From assembly GCA_973895155.1 (NCBI GenBank), contig OZ316893.1, positions 11,289,660 through 11,353,659 of the forward strand: 64,000 nt of DNA, written 5' to 3'. Positions within the stretch are counted from its first letter, which is position 1. Each line of letters begins with the position of its first letter. This document shows positions 39,556 to 53,482 of this stretch, one piece after another. Below the pieces are notes generated by a model, which saw only the letters and a list, made by a program, of their open reading frames with translations, searched no databases and was not told the DNA's origin. Both the position numbers and the translations under genes were made by a program. Source of the DNA: Marsupella aquatica. Its lineage: Eukaryota; Plantae; Marchantiophyta.

Positions 39556-41360
39556 GTTTGATGGGCCTTGGTTTACGAGTTCAGCCTGTGAAGAGTCGTG
39601 CATGGAGTCCAGCTGGGTTACCCTCTGATCTTGCGCTTCCCCCAGGGTTCTTACGTCCAGCCGATGGTCTTCGGGTCCTTGGCTCCCCAGTCGGTACCGC
39701 CTCCTTTTGCTCATCTTTCATCGCTGACTCTCTACAGGCTGCCTTAGCCCCTACTCCTATGCTCCCTAAGTTAGCAGATTCTCAGGCAGCTTTTGGGATG
39801 TTGTTGAGGTGCATCCACCCTCGAGCATCTTATCTGGCTAGGACGCATCCCCCTACCGAGGATCTTTGTCTCCACCTTCGAGCATTTGATGTCTCCATTC
39901 ATCAGACTCTGGCCTCTCTTTTAGGGTCGGGTACGTTGCTCTCATCTCCGTGGCTTCATCGACAACTCGGTCTTCCTATTTCGCAGGGTGGCTTTGGGCT
40001 TACTTCCATTGAGAGCCTTGCACCTTTGGCCTTTTTGGGTGCGTGGGCGGCCGCCTTCTCATTGTTGGCCGATCATTTTCTTATTGAGGATCGCCCTTTT
40101 TTACTTTCATCTCTCATGGAGATAGAGGAGGGTTCCCTCCGGTTTCAGGTTCATTTGCGCGCAGCGTGGTCATCATTACCAGATCCCGTTTGCGCCGCGT
40201 TACCTTCTTTTCAGGAGTTTTTATCCTTGGATCCCGTTCGTCTTCAGGCAGACCTCGCAGGGCGTATGCACGCTTTCACCCTTTCCAGCATCCTCTCCGA
40301 GGCACCTGACACGGACCGAGCTCGGATTCTTTCTTCCGGAGGGAAGGGCGCAGGAGGATGGCTTCAATCCAATCCAGTCATTCCGCATTTGCAGATGTCT
40401 TCAAAGGAGTTCTCCACAACCATGCGTCTTCGTATAGGGCTGCCCCACCCACTTCTTGCAGGTTTACCTCCTTCTTGCACTTGTGGGAAGCCTTGTGATG
40501 CCACAGGTGTCCATCTTCTTTGGTGCAGTTTGGGAGGTGAAACCATTATTGTTCATGACGCTGTGCGCGATGCGACTGCTCAGGTTCTCTCTGGCTCTTT
40601 GGTATGCGTGCGGCGGGAGGTGGTACTCGAGTTACCTGGTCCTCCATCACAACGGTTACGGGTGGATCTTACCATGGTCCGTGAGGGTCAACATACTTTG
40701 GCAGATGTAGTGGTGGCCAACCCATTGCGCCAAGACATCATCGGGACAGCGGCAACTACGGCAGGGGAAGCAGCGTCACGTGCGGCAACAACGAAGGAGG
40801 CCAAATATGCTGCACGAGCTTCATCCGACAGCTTCCTCCCCCTTGCTCTGGAGCTATTTGGGCGTCTTCATCCTCAGTTTGATGGGCTTCTTCGGCAAGC
40901 TGCCCGGGATGTTCATGGCCGAATGGGTCCCTCCGGACCCCCGCTTTCTGTTTTGACCACGCACTTTCGCCAACGCATTTCAGTCACCTTATAGCGTGCT
41001 CAAGCTTGGGCCATCTATCGTCGATCTCTTACAGTGGGTGCTAGTGTGCCTCCGCAGCGGCTAGCTCCCCTAGAGGATGTTCCAATCCCCCTTGCCGATC
41101 TAGTTTTGACCCTTGATGTGGACCATTAGCTTTTTGCCACATTCGCTAGGAATGATGAGGACCTCGGTCCGCTTGGGTTAGTTTTAGTCTCTCTTTCTTG
41201 GTTTTTAGGGGTTCCCTATTGCTCATTTCTTACTTTTAGTTCCTCTTTCTTGGTGTTTAGTGGTTCCCTTTTGCTCACTTCTTTTTCGTTTGGTTTTGTC
41301 CACTTGGGCCCTCTTTTGTTTGTTCTTTTGTACTCTGTTTGGTCCCTTTGTATATAAAAA
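39556..41360 (+). mobile_element. 5'-truncated CRE-like non-LTR retrotransposon with restriction-like endonuclease
   Basis: ORF 39558-41129 with one internal TAG at 40992. End of RT (GLRVQPVKS, GLRVLGSPVG, LPISQGGFGL), CCHC finger CTCGKPCDATGVHLLWC, HDAVRD, RVD..LADV, KEAKY, FLPLALELFG, RQRISVTL*RAQA. T-rich 3' UTR ending tatataaaaa. Confidence 0.85.
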
Positions 41361-41856
41361 GTGTGTATATTCCAAGTTGACATTATCTTAAAGTGTTTGT
41401 TTCTAGCACTCCTTAGATTTTTCACACTCTTGGTAAGAGATATCTTATATCTTGTGTATGAAATGTCAATTCTATATAACTTATGTAGGAGGATAAAAAT
41501 AAATTATTCTAACAAAGGATTGGAATAGATACAGACCTTAGGGGGAATCTAATAAAAGAAAATTAAAATAGTTAAGAGGGGGGCAAACAATGTCAAGATC
41601 CAATACTACAAAGATGCACTTTGTCTAAGGTAAACTGAAACAAATATAAGTATAAAAATATCAATAAAACAAAGTAATATGAGTACGCTCCCAAACAAGG
41701 TAACACACAATATATGTAAGGTGCAGTTTTCTTACTTTGATTGAGTCTCATGATTTGTCTCATGAATTGTCCGATCGCAGCTGGACCATATTAATTTAGA
41801 TTTTACATGGGCGGTAACACTATTTAAATCTCAACCGCAATTATGTCACGCCTTAG

Positions 41857-41921
41857 TGGGTACCATTAATTACCTAATGTCCAAAAAATAGATTCGCAAA
41901 GAGGTAATTAAAGGTATCCAC
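41857..41921. repeat. Short inverted repeat (MITE-like remnant)
   Basis: gtgggtaccattaattacct ... aggtaattaaaggtatccac. Confidence 0.55.
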
Positions 41922-43496
41922 GAAAATGCCCCATCAAGGACAAAAGTTTGCCTTTACAACTATTCAAGCAATTCGTTGGAAACAAACTATACAAAATGTC
42001 CTTTTTTTGACATTTTTGCATTAGCTATAATTGCAAGGTCAGACTATTAGTCAAGGTAATAGACATTTTCATAATAGGAGCTGATGAAAACTGACCAGAT
42101 TCTTTCACCCTATTCACCATGTAACGAACAGAAACCGAGTTACCTTTAATGGAGCCTGTGAAGTGCGTTTTATTCAAATATACAGGGCGAAGATCATCCG
42201 CACCCAAAGCTGCCCCAAACTTCACTTAGGAACAAACAGGGTCACATACATTTTGAGTAAGCAGGAGAGTCTTTAATCTCTCATCCTGTCCTTTATCTCT
42301 AAGAAAATGAGCAGATGAGTGAAAATGCAGCTCACCTTGTGTATTTACTCAAACAGCAACTCACCTCCTCAACTCGCCCTGTAATGTGCCTGTTTGCAAT
42401 GCTGCATCACTCTGACCTTCTTCAAGTGACTGTGTGACTGGAATAAATGCGCCGCCCCCCCCAAAAAAAACATAAAAATCAAAACAAACTCTGCCATGAG
42501 ACGTTGTAGTGGTAATTTAAACCATCACTAGCCATGACAAAAATCAGGTTTCACCATAAATAGTATCATTCCTGAATTTGTGGAGCAATATCAAACGGGA
42601 GAGGCAAAAAATGAGAGGAAAATAAAAAAGGAAGAAATCTTGGACATTTCCCCCTTTTATATGACTAGTGGAGGTTTAATACACAGTTCTCAACTATGAA
42701 AACTTATTTTCACTTGCCTCTAGACTTTAGCAGGTGGCCATTAAAAAATATCCCAACCAGAAAGTCAATTTGCTTGTTATTTTGTACAATCCTAGCCAAA
42801 ACATGTGTTTACTTCCAATTCGGCACATAACACCATCTTCAAAGGCATTTTGTCACATATACAATTATTTTAGGCTGTCATGTCTGTAATAGAGTTTACT
42901 CCTCATTGCCCGTTGCCTCATATTTTCCAAGCCCACCATTTTTGGATCATCGCAGTTTGGCCTTGGGCGTCAATTTTTATTTGATTGTTTTTGTGGAAAC
43001 CTAGCTATCACTACTCTCATGCGCACATCAAAATCTCGTCAACATGACTGGACTTGATGATTGTTTTGTCAATGCTAGACCATTTAGTTGACCACTGATG
43101 AGTTAGGTACAGCACCCTAGTCACTCGTAGAAACTTTCAGTGGAAACACAAGTATTTCGTTGAATGTGAGGATTGTGTACATTAGAATGATTAGCCATTC
43201 TTTAAGGTGAGATACTGAGATGTGTACCCCACTTCCACTGAAAAGACTGTAGCTAGTATTGATTGAAGTACAATTGATTGACTCTACAATTGAATCTACT
43301 GTAGCTATACTTAAAACCAATCCTGCACTACTTACATGGGACCTCACTTATTATTGAATTAGTCAAATTTGGCACTGTCTACAACGGCGCAAGTAATTTC
43401 AGACAGAGAAATTGACGTTTGAGAATCACGAGTCACTACCAACCCCAAGCAAGCTTATCAGCATTTGGGCTCAAAACTCGCTTTAATTTGAATCTA

Positions 43497-43890
43497 CTGG
43501 ACAATCATGAATGCAATGAATCCACAAAACCTACACAACTACAATAATGGATGGAAGGAATTGGTAAAACCCACAAAACAGAGATCTCCTGGACACTGAT
43601 GAATGCAAAGGAATCTGCAAAACCTACAGTAAAAAATACTGTAATCATCAATCAATCAATGAATTAATAAAACCTACGAAACTAAACTCCTAGACAATGA
43701 TGAATGCGATAAACTTGCAAAACCTACAAATCTACAGTTGTGGACAATGATGAATGCATTGAATCCTCAAAAGCTACAAAACTCCAGTAATCAATGAATT
43801 AATTGGGAAAACCTTCAAAACTATGCTCCGGGACAATAATGGATGCAATAATGTCTAGCTATGATGTCCCGTTATTCACAAAACCTACCA
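43497..43890. repeat. Degenerate minisatellite, about 45-50-bp unit x8
   Basis: Recurring gacaatgatgaatgc...caaaacctac. Confidence 0.75.
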
Positions 43891-44619
43891 AGCTAAAAAA
43901 ACAGAAGAAAGCTACAAGTCTGGTACAGTTTTGAGTTATGGTCAGATGAGCTAGGACATAAAGGTAGCCTAATCATAAGTTAGCAGGCCTGCATTTTGTT
44001 CGAGAGACCAACCCCCAGCCGGCGTAATACGGTAAATTGGATAATTGGGGTGATCTGACGGACAGGGTGGTGCACTTGGTCTAGGGAGAATATCGTGACC
44101 TTCCAATGCATCCATGATTAAGGCTCTCTAGGTCAAATGTCACACCCTCAGTCGTTCGTTAGTAAAATGTGTTAGTAACATGTGTCTTAATTATGGGGTC
44201 GTCCTAGTTACCAGATCACGTGCTCTCGAATGATTACAGTAGAGACTACCAATCAATAATTATTGAGCATTTAGTAGTTGAGACAAAAGTTTCGGTGATA
44301 GACCTATCCCTAAACTCATGCATTTGGTATGTGATTAGTATTTCGATTGAGAAACGTTTTAACGTCCATTTGGTTGCCCAAAATCCCCATACTTTGTCAT
44401 GGAATTCCTCTTTTTTTCCACAAATATCACAAACTTGTTAACAAGCTTAAGCTTATATATTGATTTTTTTTTGCTAAACATCCATTACAACAGTGATGAC
44501 CTTTACAGATTAGTGTAATGTCTGCAAAACTTTGTAATTTTTTTGCATCCATAGTTTAGGACCATTCTAAGTATTTCATGTACATCACTGATTTCTAAGT
44601 GTATACATATTATAGAACA

Positions 44620-44767
44620 GTAAGAAAATGGAATGTGAAGAAATTATGGAAGTTAAAAGCTGGATGGACCAAGAATGGATTGTAAAGAAATTATGGAAGT
44701 AAAAGGCTCAATGGACCAAGAATGGAATGTGAGGAATTTATGGAAATAAAAGCCCGGATGGACCGAG
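44620..44767. repeat. Tandem repeat, about 48-bp unit x3
   Basis: aagaatggaatgtgaagaaattatggaag...gatggacc x3. Confidence 0.8.
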
Positions 44768-44949
44768 ACATTGTTTGTGGCCATCCTCATGGATTATGAA
44801 AAGGCAGAGTGACCACTTTACACCCAATCTTGAGAGAAACTAAATGCAAATGGATGACAAAGTTTAAAATGTTCCCATTGACTATTTACTTGCATTTTTG
44901 TTATGGGATGGAGATCTTTTGTATGTATATTAGAAATCTCTGGTAGTTC

Positions 44950-45315
44950 CGCAGCATCAAATTATTCAAAACACTGCTTGTAACAAAAATAGTTTTTTTA
45001 AAGAGGTTTCCATAACAATGATCTAAATTGAATTATCTTGTATTTTTGCATCATTTGGTAAATTACTCAAAATGCTCCTTGTAATGAAAGCAATGCTCTC
45101 TAAAAAATAGGTGTCTGCAACAACGCATGCTAATTAAAATCTCGACTAGCTTTGCAGCAGCAAAACTACTTTGAAACCCTCTTTGTAATAAGAGGGGCAA
45201 CACTCTCTGAGAATAAGCTTGTGCAAACTAAAATCTTTGATAGCTCTGCAACAACAAATTCCTTGAAACATTCATTGTAACAAGAACAACAGTCTTTGAA
45301 AAATAGAATTCTGTA
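44950..45315. repeat. Degenerate tandem repeat, about 90-100-bp unit x4
   Basis: Recurring gcagcatcaaattattcaaaac..ttgtaa..aaaatag. Confidence 0.6.
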
Positions 45316-46453
45316 AGTGTTCTGGCACGTAGTGAAGTCACTTGGTAAGAGATCAATGCCCTAGAAACTTGTTGCAGTGGGAAAAATTACCGCAGTGCCT
45401 TTGTGAACTTGGAACTCATTTTTTTTTCTACTGTTAAGCAAACCACTCGAGGAGCTTTGATTAAGAATGTGAAATGCTCACTCTACTCATAATGCCATTT
45501 TCCATAGAAGCCCTATAAGGTCCTTAAAGACCTAAATGACAAAACTTTATATTTTTTTTCTTGTTGAGCTCTAAAAAAATGGGATGGAGCAAACGGCTGG
45601 AGAATTATTTAGGGTTCTCCAAGCTTGAACCTTCAGGGCCATAAGAAAAGATTTCCCTTGTTTTTCCCTTGGAGTTTTAGTGAACCCCTTTGTGATCGTT
45701 TGCATTGCTTGGAATAGGATATTGTCAGAGACAAAATAGGCGGCAACCAAATCAGCAAAGACAACCACGGAAACTTTGAAACAATTATTAATTTGACTGA
45801 ACTCCATTATTGCTATTGCAAACGGGCACTCAGAAACAATTAGGCATTGATTTGTGGCTCAATAAGGTTGACAGCAACCTTCAGTGCTAAGTTGTCCTCC
45901 CTCTCTCCAGCGCTCCTAATTTCAGCGTAGGTTTTAGCGGAGGTAGTAAGGAGTCCAAGGTTGAATAACCATGCTTTCCGCAGGACTCCTGAAGCCATAA
46001 TCCTTGTTGACAAAAGTGTTCAAGCTCTAATGACTGATGGGTTTGGAAGAATTCTGGCCCTGATCACGAGAAATTATGGGAAAGACCCATCGGGTGACAA
46101 ACTTCCACAGCCCGTTACCTTTAAAAAAATTAATTGGTCTCGAGTCTAACTTCGAAAACTGCATTCCTCAAATGCTTTCCCCTTCGATTGGGGTTGCCTT
46201 CTACAACTAAAGCCATCGTAATCTGCACCTATTCCTCTCTGAAACTCACTGCATTCAGTCAACACGAGCCCTCAACTCAAGATATCCATTTCCTACCTCT
46301 AAAATACGGCTGTTCATCATATAAATCTGCAATTGCATCTCTAGGGCATCGAGAACCTATATAGATAATTAACTACTCAGTCTAACCAAGAGCCCGTTCT
46401 AAACCTTCCCTGATATCTGCGCCAAACCATCTAAGAGCTATACAGATAATTAA

Positions 46454-49400
46454 CTACTCAGGCCAACCAAGTGCCCTTTCTAAAACTTCCCTGATATCTG
46501 CACAGGGAATAGCTGTAATGTTCTTGACAACACCTTTTACTGATCTTGGAACTATACAGCTTTTGAAACCCAGCTTTGCTGCTTCAGTAATTCGTCTCTC
46601 CAGTTGCCCAACCTGCATCAAGGAGGATACAATGTTAGAATTTTTTTCTCAATCTACCGCTCACCCTCTCGAAAGACACTAAAGACGAAAAGCTCGAAAA
46701 TCTTGTTCAAAGGTCCTGAGCTGACTAAAGCAAGGAAGAACGAGAACAGAAACTTACTGAACGAATTTCACCACCTAGCCCGATCTCACCAATGAAGGCC
46801 ATGTCTCGAGGAACTGGCTTCTCCAAGAAGCTGATGCAATCCAAACGCCACTTTGTGAAAAAGAACAACACTAAACATCTGTACTGAATACATATATGGC
46901 AGTCAAGTTCTGTTCAGACTACTTCCACATTCCTCCACGGACCTTCCGAACTAGAGGCAGATGTTTTCTTTGACCCACATCAAGATAACAGTAACGGTAA
47001 CGGACTACGGAAGGCGGTATTGCACAAACCTGCTGCAAATGGCAATGGCAATAGCAACATCTGAAGCAGGTTCTCGCAGTTGCAAGCCCCCCACAACGTT
47101 AATAAAAACATCCTGATCATTGACGTTAAAGCGGATTAGTGACCAGCTCAGAGAAATTTGCTTTAATTGACTAGGGGGCTTGCCCTTCACCAGTTTTCAA
47201 TGGCAAGACATTGCACTTATGCATAAACTGTACCACTGGAGCAAATCAATTAATACTCGATCGTATCTTGCGATCAGCATGTTTCCTGATATTGTGCAGA
47301 AGAGTTCCAAAACAGATTTCCATACCAAGCTGTCAGATCTTGAATCTCGAGTCTCAACATTGAAACGCTTTATTAAATACGTTCATATCATGGGTACGAA
47401 AAGATATGGCAAAATTTTTCTGTTTCTTCATTGCAAATATTTGAGCGATACCATACACATATGGCAAATAAGACCAGGCCTATTGAAAAGTAGAGGGAAA
47501 AGTACCTGATTTTGGAGCTTTAGTCCAGCCTGCTTCATTAGGACCTGCAGAATGTTTGTCAGGTTTTGATTGTCCTTCAGAAAAGCTGGAATTCACAATG
47601 AGGCGAAAATAATTTCTATGAATTGACTTCTGGTCATCTAATTTAATAATGTAACTAGATCAAAGGTTCCCTCAACTCTTCAGAAATGAAATGGCGCAAG
47701 CTGCTCCACAAACTTCTTGAGATGACATTGTGTAAGGACCCTGTTTACCTTGTACAATAAGCTATGTTCACACTGAAAAAACGACTTACGAAAGCATAGA
47801 AGATTTCAAAGAATCGATGTAAAGATACGTTTGTGACGCTACTGTACTAACGACTATCATACAATACGAGGAGAATAACGTCGCACTGCTTATTATTTAT
47901 TTATAATGTCGCACTTTGAAAGGTTAGAAATAAAAGTTATGCGCTCACTGCAAGTAGTAGGTAGAGACGTTGGTGGTCAACACCATTAGCTGTCCGCCTG
48001 CCTGCCTGCTGGTTACCTCCTAAAGAGCAGAGGGCCTGCGTCACGAGATGCTTTCGGAGATTAGTTTCGGACAGAGGGGGAAAGACCACAAAATTCTATT
48101 GCCAACTTGGTCAAGAATTTAAACTTCCTTATGAACAGTTGGTATCTAATATCGAGAAAAAAATTCCCCACATTCATTTGTAAAATCTCCGTAATGTAAT
48201 CAGCGCAATTCTTACTTGAACTTCAAGCAGAAGAGGACGTGAACCCTCCATAGTCACCGCAACAGCAGCAGAAGGAGTGAAGTTTGAGTCTGCTGCTCTC
48301 TCACTTAGAAATAGAGCACTGGGGTTTGTGATAGCCTCAAGACCCCCTTCCACCATCGCAAAAACGCCAACCTAATGAATTCACGAAGTTGTCGACTTAT
48401 ACTTTGAAATTCCATTGTAAACTATCCGCGCCGACATTTCTTATATTGCAAAATTCAAATGACACAGAACCTCTGCTTGATAGTTTGGTGCTTAGTAGGA
48501 AAGAGACTTTCAAATAGACTAGGTAAGCCCTTTTGTGTCAGCTTAGTTACAAACCTCATCAGAAGATCCATACCGATTCTTTACAACTCTCAGAAGGCGG
48601 TGTGACTGCAGTCGTTCACCCTGGAGGTCAGAGAAAACAACCACATAAGGAATTCCAGGATGAACATTAGCAAAGACCTATGCATGATGATCCCGATAGT
48701 GTACAATAATCTCATTGCTCAAACGATGGTCATCTTTCTAGAGAGAGTATTGTGTAGACAGTTTTCGAAAACGATTCCATATAAATAAATCGATGATAGC
48801 GGAAACATTTCAGTCACATCATGATTTCAAACAAGGGAGGGCTATCATGAGATTAGGCAGAAGTAGCACCTCCATATAAAGTACAACATCAACTATGTGT
48901 TCCAAAACTCGCGGCCCAGCAATTTCTCCTGTCTTAGTCACATGGCCTACCTACAGGGCAGTCCACCAGAATCCCAATGGGTGCCAAGGCGGTCAAACGA
49001 ATTTCGATTCTCAAAAATGACCCAGCCTAAGTTGAGTCCTTGGACACGGGTGCAAAGTCAATGGACAGGCTAGGGGCTTGAGAGAATTCGCATGAATAAC
49101 AGAGACACAAATAACAAGTTCAACAACTCGACCAAAAGCAACCAGTCGGTAACAGATTAGCTCAGAAAATCACGCACCAGAAATATGGGTATGCTTGTCT
49201 GCTTTGCTAATCTCAGCAGAGCTGCTGCACATTCCCTAACCTGCCAACCACAGGGCAAGTCAATGACGTGATCACGTAGATTTCTTCATGATATGCAAGA
49301 ATCACCTATCCTGATGGGTTTCATATACCGAAATTTGTTGTTTAGATACTGACATCCACTTTACACGTAGGTTTTTGGTGCGCTCAAAGTGTGCATTTGA

Positions 49401-52246
49401 CAGATACGGACCTGGATGACGCTTCCAGCACTCCCAGTTGCCTCTGGTAAATACACTGTTTGGATCGAGTCTACAACCACAGCTCTTGGTTTCAATTCTT
49501 GTATTGCCTCTAATACAAGCTTCACACCCAGAAGATATTAATAGTTAGGATACTGACGAACAAACTGGGATGCAATACATTACAAGCTTATGAACTACTT
49601 GAACGGTCTAAATTGAGGATACCGAATTAATAACGACCTGTGTGACAGGTTAAAATAATGTACACCACCACACTCCAACAGGAAGGCTGAGAGGCCAAAC
49701 GTCAAACCAAGGAGAGCCCCCAACCCTTAGATCTCCCTATACCAAACGATTGTTAATACTACAAAGATGTGGAAGAAAAGTCGGACCATTAGCATGTGTG
49801 GGCAAGCAGAACCTCGAGATCTGTGGCTGAATATAGAAACAGTTCATGAGCACCAATCTTCATGCGGTCGGCTCTGTCGCTAATCTGCTCCACGCTCTGT
49901 TTATAGCCCCTTCCAACAAGACATACATTATAAGGGAACATGAAGAGAAGAAGAGAGGAAGGAACCAATTCACCACATCAATACGAAGAAAGTGGCCGTC
50001 TTTCTTCAGCTGCTACAAGACCTATTTCATTCTGTTCGAATTGTCAAATGTCTTGTCCAATCGTCCCTATAACAAGACATCTGGCAGCTAATTCAAAAAG
50101 AAAGAAAGAGGTCGATCTCCGCCTAGAAGGGAAAACATGAAGAGAGTAGAAGTCCTGCTATTGACTCGCTCAACATGATATGGGCTAAATTAATTACCTC
50201 TTCTCCGGAGATGTACAGAACTGGGGCAGGATCGCCATTGCATCCCAACGCGAGGAGCCCTGCCATCTGCAGAAGAGAACCACATCCTCCTAAGTCAAAG
50301 GACTCATACCTTGGGTTCCATGAACGGTTTTAATTCAATAGGTTTATTCAAAGACCCCATGAACGACTTCATGACCTCGGCAGAGTACCATTTGAATGAC
50401 AAGATTTTCATAGAGATTGGGAGCAAAGGCTGCTTGCAAAGAATAGAGTTTGAGATACTAGTGACTGCTGAATGGTTGACTTTTATATTGACAAGTGCAG
50501 CATTGGCAAGAACTCCATTAGAATGTCATTCCAGTTTCCAAGATGGACGCACAGACCGGTGTGGACAATCATTATTAAGAGCAAATTCATCGGAACCTTG
50601 GACAAAAGGAAGGAGATATGAAGACAGAAAAAACCTGCAGCAGGAGGGTGCTTTTACCGACACCAGGATCCCCACCAACTAAGATTAAAGATCCTGCAAG
50701 TCGAACGAATATGGTTGGAGGTTGTAGAGACCTACAACGCTAAATATACATTCACCAGAAATTCCGGGATGCAGCTTCAGATTTTCTGGCTCTAAAGAAC
50801 GTCGATCAAGACTACAAGCCTAAAGCATACATTGAGAGCCACCGTACCGACGGCAAAGAGGAAATTGCAAAGACACAGGTAAGTACGCTTCTAGTAGATC
50901 ACAAAGGATGGATCAAGAGAAATTTGTAAAATAGGACTAATAAATAAAATAAAATGAAAATTGAAAAACAAGCAGAAAACTAGAATGCTTTCGGTACCAG
51001 GAACAATGCCTCCGCCTAACACCCTGGAAACCTCAGAGCCAGTATCTCCAGGTCTGCAAACGAGACGAAGACAAATCAACTTAATTCGAGTTGCTTCATT
51101 TGGTGACAATGTGCCAAAATAGGTGAGTACATTCCTAAGAAGAAAGTAAGAGGAACAAAGGTATATTGGCCCTACTTTAACACATCCATTTTTCAACCCA
51201 TCCTGCCTAACGAAAACCTTTGTCCAGTGTAGCGGGTAGATTGACCCTACTTCAACACATCCATTGTCCAACCCATCGTGCCTAACGAAAACCTTTTCTA
51301 GTGTCGCGAGTCTCGAGGGTTTAGGGGTTTAGCATTTAAGGGAATCGGAGTGCCTAAGCCAATTCCGAATTCTTCCTCGAGTTAGACTCAGCTACGTCCA
51401 GTGTATGGGCTTCCAGGACAAATACTACAATTCAGAAAACAGGCAGCAAGTAGAATCTTGGAGCGATGCATCTGTTGATGGCGGCATTATTATACGGCAG
51501 AAAATGCATGAACCCACTAAAAGATATGGTGAGGTGATTTACAATGCCAGACGCCAGTGCTGCTTCGAATATCCTTTAACAACGTCCGCTAGCCGCTGGG
51601 GACGCAGACTATCACCCTTCAACCACGCCCCTTTTCCTGTATTTTTCTCAGACCCCTCCGCATTCTTCGTCGTAAGGTTGATGCGCTCCACTGCTCTAGC
51701 CGCTGCTCCACCGCGAGGACCCGCACTTTGGACCGGCTCCCTGAACTCCATCAGAGTATTCATCGCCCTACAATTCTGACAGGTCCCCCACCATTGCGAA
51801 TAGGTCTCCCCGCAATTCTCACACACATAATGGACCTTCGTTTTGGCGCTGCTGCTGCCGCTGCTGCCGCTGCTCTTTTTCCCAAAACTGCCACCACCAC
51901 TGCTGGACGCTCGAATTGCAAATTGGGGGTTGCGATTGCTCCAGCCATGACACCACAAACCCTGCGGCTCAACTTGTCTACTACTCGCCGGCTGCTTGAT
52001 TGGACTCGCACAACAACCGGATCGTCCCGTCACTCTCGTCAGCACGCACGTCTGGAACTGATCGTAGGGAATCCTACATCCTGACAATTCTTTCGTAAAC
52101 AGCAATTGCTGTGCGAATCGGCTCCCATTCGATTCTCTTCTGTCCCACAACCGAGACGATGCTCCAACCAGAACATTGCCGATGAAGGCCCGGCGATGGA
52201 GAGTACTGCCGCTGCATCCGACCAAGCTCCACAACGACGGAGTCAT
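46454..52246 (-). CDS. RADA: Organellar DNA repair protein RadA/Sms homolog (about 628 aa, 15 exons)
   Basis: Exons 52246-51543, 51053-50998, 50693-50635, 50266-50198, 49896-49813, 49519-49412, 49240-49178, 48950-48870, 48620-48555, 48371-48216, 48035-47949, 47544-47506, 47112-47030, 46830-46758 and 46612-46454 join in frame. Motifs: S/R-rich transit-like N-terminus, C4 finger [12 protein letters not shown], Walker [39 protein letters not shown] and a Lon-like C-terminus [17 protein letters not shown]. Confidence 0.95.
51163..51311. repeat. About 75-bp tandem duplication in RADA intron 1
   Basis: ccctacttYaacacatccatt..caacccatc.tgcctaacgaaaacctt x2, followed by telomere-like agggtttaggggttt. 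Confidence 0.85.
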
Positions 52247-53482
52247 GTCCACGACGGATTGTCAATTTGGCAGCAGAATCTCTTGATCTCCGGAAATCTT
52301 CACCGCTTCCCCATGTCTCGAGATTCAAACTGGTCGAATTGGAAGACAAAGCGAAAGAGGCAGAGAGGAATGCCTTCGCTCAATGTTGGTGTTTTGCAGA
52401 CTCCGCCTCAATCCCATTTCCACGAACAAATTCGGAAACTCAGAGAAAGAGGCTCATTGTGTTGGACTGCAGCTGAGCTTCGGAATGCTGAACTTCGGAA
52501 TTGGGTTTGACTGGGGATGCGTAATTGAGAAGGAAGTGAACCAGCCATGTTGCAATTGTGGACCAGCCATTTGTTTGAAAGTAAAGCCCGGATGGCCCTC
52601 CATGTATCACATTTTGCAGTTCTGGACCAGCCATTAGGGGGTCTCAATTTTGGACCGCGTGCCCATACGGGCTGCTCGGTTAGTTAAGTTGGCAACTAGA
52701 TTTTAATTAGTGTGCAAGCTTGGGGAAGAGTGATGGGTTACATATGGAAAAAGGTGCACAAACAGCCTGTAAGGTCCATTTCTTGATGAGGAAAAATGTC
52801 ACCAAAATGAAACAGCTAGGGAGGCTTCCTGTCAAAATGACCATGAGAGTGGAATAGAGGGATTGCATATTAAAATGTTTAAAATTTGTCCTAACCATGA
52901 TGAGCATAAAAGGGGTCACTATGCACCTTTTACTCACCCAAGCATTTTGCGGTTTGCTCACTGCTCCTTGAAATCCAAATGTCAGGGCAACTGCTTTAGG
53001 GTATGGCTGCTTGGCCATCTCACTCATGCTTGAGCACACTTTCGCTCAACATCACTTCTGATTGACAACCTGGCTAACCTTGTGAAACACAGGGCATTGG
53101 GCTTGCAGTGCATATATATCCCACGCTAAAGAACAAAAATGCCAAACCTGGACACAAGATACCAAAGGCAAGAGACCCATTGGGAGAAAGAAAAAAACAA
53201 GGAAGACCTAAGAGCCAATTGAAAAGCCCTGGACCCTAAACCCTGACTATTTTAGTTGAAGATGATTACAGTAGATTCAATGATCTACAGTAGTTACCAT
53301 AGTAGGTGTGTTGGTCTTTAGGCTAGGGGTCTTGCACCCTGCTATTTATTGGAGGCCCGCCCCTTTTGTACATTATGGCATGGTTTTGGCAGGAGTCTAT
53401 GCTATGGCGTCTCAATCCTCATCTCAATCTTGGTGCTTCTCGTCCGTAGTCTGGCTTTGAGAGGGCTTGTAGCGAGTAGGCT

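Noticed and set aside
44060-44130. tRNA/SINE A-box-like motif (tggtgcacttgg)
   Set aside because: No B-box or cloverleaf.
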